DNA of 32,000 nucleotides from Desulfobacterales bacterium (GTDB lineage: Bacteria; Desulfobacterota; Desulfobacteria; Desulfobacterales; JAFDDL01): assembly GCA_963675725.2 (NCBI GenBank), contig CAXXXZ010000003.1, positions 487,626-519,625 on the forward strand, given 5' to 3'. Positions within the stretch are counted from its first letter, which is position 1. Each line of letters begins with the position of its first letter. Under the pieces are notes generated by a model that searched no databases, had not been told where the DNA came from, and saw only the letters and a program-made list of their open reading frames with translations. Both the position numbers and the translations under genes were made by a program. Positions 29,898 to 32,000 of the stretch are shown here, in pieces.

Positions 29898-29964
29898 CAT
29901 TGCGAGGCGCGCAGCAACGAAGCGATCCCCAAGGGCGATCTCATCGGGCTGCGGCCTCGCGATG
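29898..29964. repeat. Imperfect 67-bp palindromic intergenic repeat element
   Basis: CATTGCGAGGCGCGCAGCAACGAAGCGATCCCC AAGGGCGATCTCATCGGGCTGCGGCCTCGCGATG; the reverse complement of the right arm (CATCGCGAGGCCGCAGCCCGATGAGATCGCCC) aligns with the left arm with a few mismatches and indels. Confidence 0.65.
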
Positions 29965-30122
29965 AAAGCCGTAATATAATAAAAATGAAAATATTTTTGT
30001 TACTTAAAAAGAAAACAAATCTTTCTTAACCGCCGCTCAATCTGTCAAGATTCAAGACTTGACACTCTGGTCTTTAATCTTTTTTTATAAGATGGTTTGG
30101 AATAGTAATTTTTGTAAAAGGT

Positions 30123-30565
30123 TTAAACTTCCATCGCCATTCGATAGAATTTCAATGCTGGTATGTACAAACGCTTAGGCCATTGCGATTTGATCGTCAC
30201 ATCCCCCAATTCTCATAGATCTTGCGGGCAAGTTCATTGTTCGCAGAGCCATCAAGGGAAATTCGATCAGATCCACTTGCCCGGGCACGCTCTCTAATTG
30301 AATCCATCAAGGCCGTACCGAGTCCCTCACCTCGAAAATCTTTGTCGGTAGCCATGGACAATAAATAGAAATCACTATCTGAAATGGATTCGATAATTCG
30401 CAGCATTGGTGCAATGAGAATTTTCACGGTTTTCATTCGCAAATAGTGTAACCCTGCGGCCTCATTTATCGGTTGATCAGAAAACCGTCGATAATGTTCG
30501 GAAGTAAAGCCTAACGCCATTCCAACGATACGACTATCATATTCGGCAAAAGACACATTGGTCAT
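30123..30565 (-). CDS. GNAT family N-acetyltransferase, with probable frameshift near the 3' end
   Basis: FYLLSMATDKDFRGEGLGTALMDSIRERARASGSDRISLDGSANNELARKIYENWGM then stop at 30197. One extra G at the G5 run (30203..30207) extends it to ...NWGDVTIKSQWPKRLYIPALKFYRMAMEV*. Confidence 0.75.
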
Positions 30566-30597
30566 ATAGAAGTTATGACGATGATTTTACAGATTTT

Positions 30598-31086
30598 CTA
30601 GATAAAAAATTGATGAAATAAAACAATCCATATCAAAAGCCCAAGTCCAAAGTCAGTGTGATTGATAAAATTGGTTCTCAAAATCTGAGATCGATTTTTT
30701 GATTTTGAAGCCATAATACCAATACCAATGCTGGGAAGTAGCCAAAACCAAGGAAAGCAAATTGTAATGATTCCAAAAACCAGAGACATCCATGCATATT
30801 CGCGGATTAATGATATGTTTGATTCGAGAACCAAATATACTCCTGCTAATGCAATACCAATCAGGTAATGAGATATTAAACACCAGAGTTTTTCATTTTG
30901 TAATTTAGGGCTTTCGTTAATATCTTTATGAACCAATTTTCCTTTAAATATGTAAAGGAACCATCTGCCAACGGCTTCGGGCGAAATAAACGGATAAATG
31001 AGATTTCGTTTGGACAAAAAACCAGCCAACAGATCCATAAAGTATGTTGCAAATATCCCCATTAAAACTGCTTCAAGAATGATCAA
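30598..31086 (-). CDS. DUF2938-like integral membrane protein
   Basis: MGIFATYFMDLLAGFLSKRNLIYPFISPEAVGRWFLYIFKGKLVHKDI...LISHYLIGIALAGVYL. Confidence 0.65.
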   Translation of the reverse strand: MIILEAVLMGIFATYFMDLLAGFLSKRNLIYPFISPEAVGRWFLYIFKGKLVHKDINESPKLQNEKLWCLISHYLIGIALAGVYLVLESNISLIREYAWMSLVFGIITICFPWFWLLPSIGIGIMASKSKNRSQILRTNFINHTDFGLGLLIWIVLFHQFFI

Positions 31087-31198
31087 TTAAAGTCCCCCTA
31101 CTTTTTTAATTCGATCAAAGGTTAATCTTTATAACGCCGCGTGTCAGGGCGGCATGCTGTTCGCCGTCCCTTGCAAACGCATATTCTCCGAATTGTAA

Positions 31199-31762
31199 TT
31201 ATTTCTTGGGGATGGTCTCTGATTTATCGTAACAGATAAATCCAATAGTTCGCTTTTTTCCTTTGGCTTTAGGCAAATCAATCAATTTTCGAATTTCAGT
31301 AATCAATTCCATTAGAATCTCATCATGATCGCTAACGCGTTTTTCCAACTGGGTAAATTTGCTGGATAGCTTCTCATTTGTCAAAACCATTTCACGTAAG
31401 CGAACAAATGTCCTTACAATGAAAACGCTCATTTTATTCGCCAGGTCCGAATTCAGAACATTTGCTGCTTGCAGAGCACCATGTTCCGTGTAAACCAGAG
31501 GCAATTTTCTCCTACCTCCCCAGCCTGATCTTGATGTCGCAATTTGCGATTTCAAGTCGCTAAACTCCTGATGTGTTAATTGAAACATGAAATCTTCAGG
31601 AAATTTGTTTTTATTACGGCGCACTTGCTCATTAAGCCGCCGTGTCTCGACACCATATAATTCAGCCAGGTCAGAATCTAAAATTACTTTTTCGCCTCTG
31701 ACTACCATTATGATACTTAAAATCCTTCTTTCCGGATCAAGTTTCTTTAGGCTTTTCGTCAA
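31199..31762 (-). CDS. ORF6N domain-containing (phage-type antirepressor-like) DNA-binding protein
   Basis: VVRGEKVILDSDLAELYGVETRRLNEQVRRNKNKFPEDFMFQLTHQEF, LPLVYTEHGALQAANVLNSDLANKMSVFIVRTFVRLRE. Confidence 0.88.
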   Translation of the reverse strand: MTKSLKKLDPERRILSIIMVVRGEKVILDSDLAELYGVETRRLNEQVRRNKNKFPEDFMFQLTHQEFSDLKSQIATSRSGWGGRRKLPLVYTEHGALQAANVLNSDLANKMSVFIVRTFVRLREMVLTNEKLSSKFTQLEKRVSDHDEILMELITEIRKLIDLPKAKGKKRTIGFICYDKSETIPKK

Positions 31763-31787
31763 TGACTATTTCCTTTTTTATACGGAG

Positions 31788-31820
31788 CCCTATGGGGCCC
31801 TATGTCCCTATGGCCCTATG
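31788..31820. repeat. Four direct copies of CCCTATG with 8-10 nt spacing
   Basis: CCCTATG at 31788, 31798, 31806 and 31814, upstream of the ORF6N gene. Confidence 0.6.
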
Positions 31821-32000
31821 GGTCACCCATTAAAGGTCGGGTCAAGAAAAAAAACACCTCCCCTAACAAAAAAACGTACTGTTTTTTCTTTGACCTTTAA
31901 GTTGTGTAATAGACTCGATCTTACCTGTCTATTATTTTGTTCCGCGCCCGTTATTTCCGTTTATGGTTCGCGTGGTCTTTGACCCGCATCAGTTGTTGAT

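Noticed and set aside
31587-31982. 131-aa plus-strand ORF overlapping the ORF6N gene
   Set aside because: Antisense to a well-supported ORF6N gene and reads through low-complexity repeats (LCPYGPMGHPL, KKTPPLTKKRTVF).
1-32000. CRISPR arrays, tRNA and rRNA genes
   Set aside because: No regularly spaced direct repeats of CRISPR size and no tRNA/rRNA conserved sequences were recognised by eye. A tRNAscan-SE/CRISPR finder run would be needed to exclude them formally.

Overview
This 32 kb window looks like a chromosomal segment of a Desulfobacterota-like anaerobe; the taxon is inferred from gene content only. Positions 1-24.8 kb are mostly ordinary housekeeping genes: 3' end of a PutA-type proline/P5C dehydrogenase, DsrE-like protein, ZIP transporter, YwbE, spermidine-synthase-like protein, RNase HI-like protein, ThiL, HD-domain protein, RF2 (prfB), Lnt, NfnAB, TatD, methyltransferase, AmrS, a UbiA/UbiX/UbiD set, TerB-like protein, acyl-CoA synthetase, YhdH/AcuI-like reductase, PilZ/receiver protein, CheX-like protein, thioesterase and a dihydrolipoamide-dehydrogenase-family flavoprotein. 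The accessory region (about 24.9-32 kb) is the most interesting part. A predicted lipoprotein gene encodes two ~350-aa tandem modules, each a cysteine-less rhodanese-like domain followed by a Cys-rich domain that resembles YdjY. An IS3-family element (25038..26374) interrupts it. The element's imperfect terminal repeats and AAG target duplication can be read directly, and removing it in silico restores the reading frame exactly. The same gene carries a C10 tract that is 1 nt out of frame, so it is either a phase-variation candidate or a sequencing error. prfB has the canonical programmed +1 frameshift and also a second, non-canonical +1 break at a CCCC run. No CRISPR array, tRNA or rRNA was recognised.
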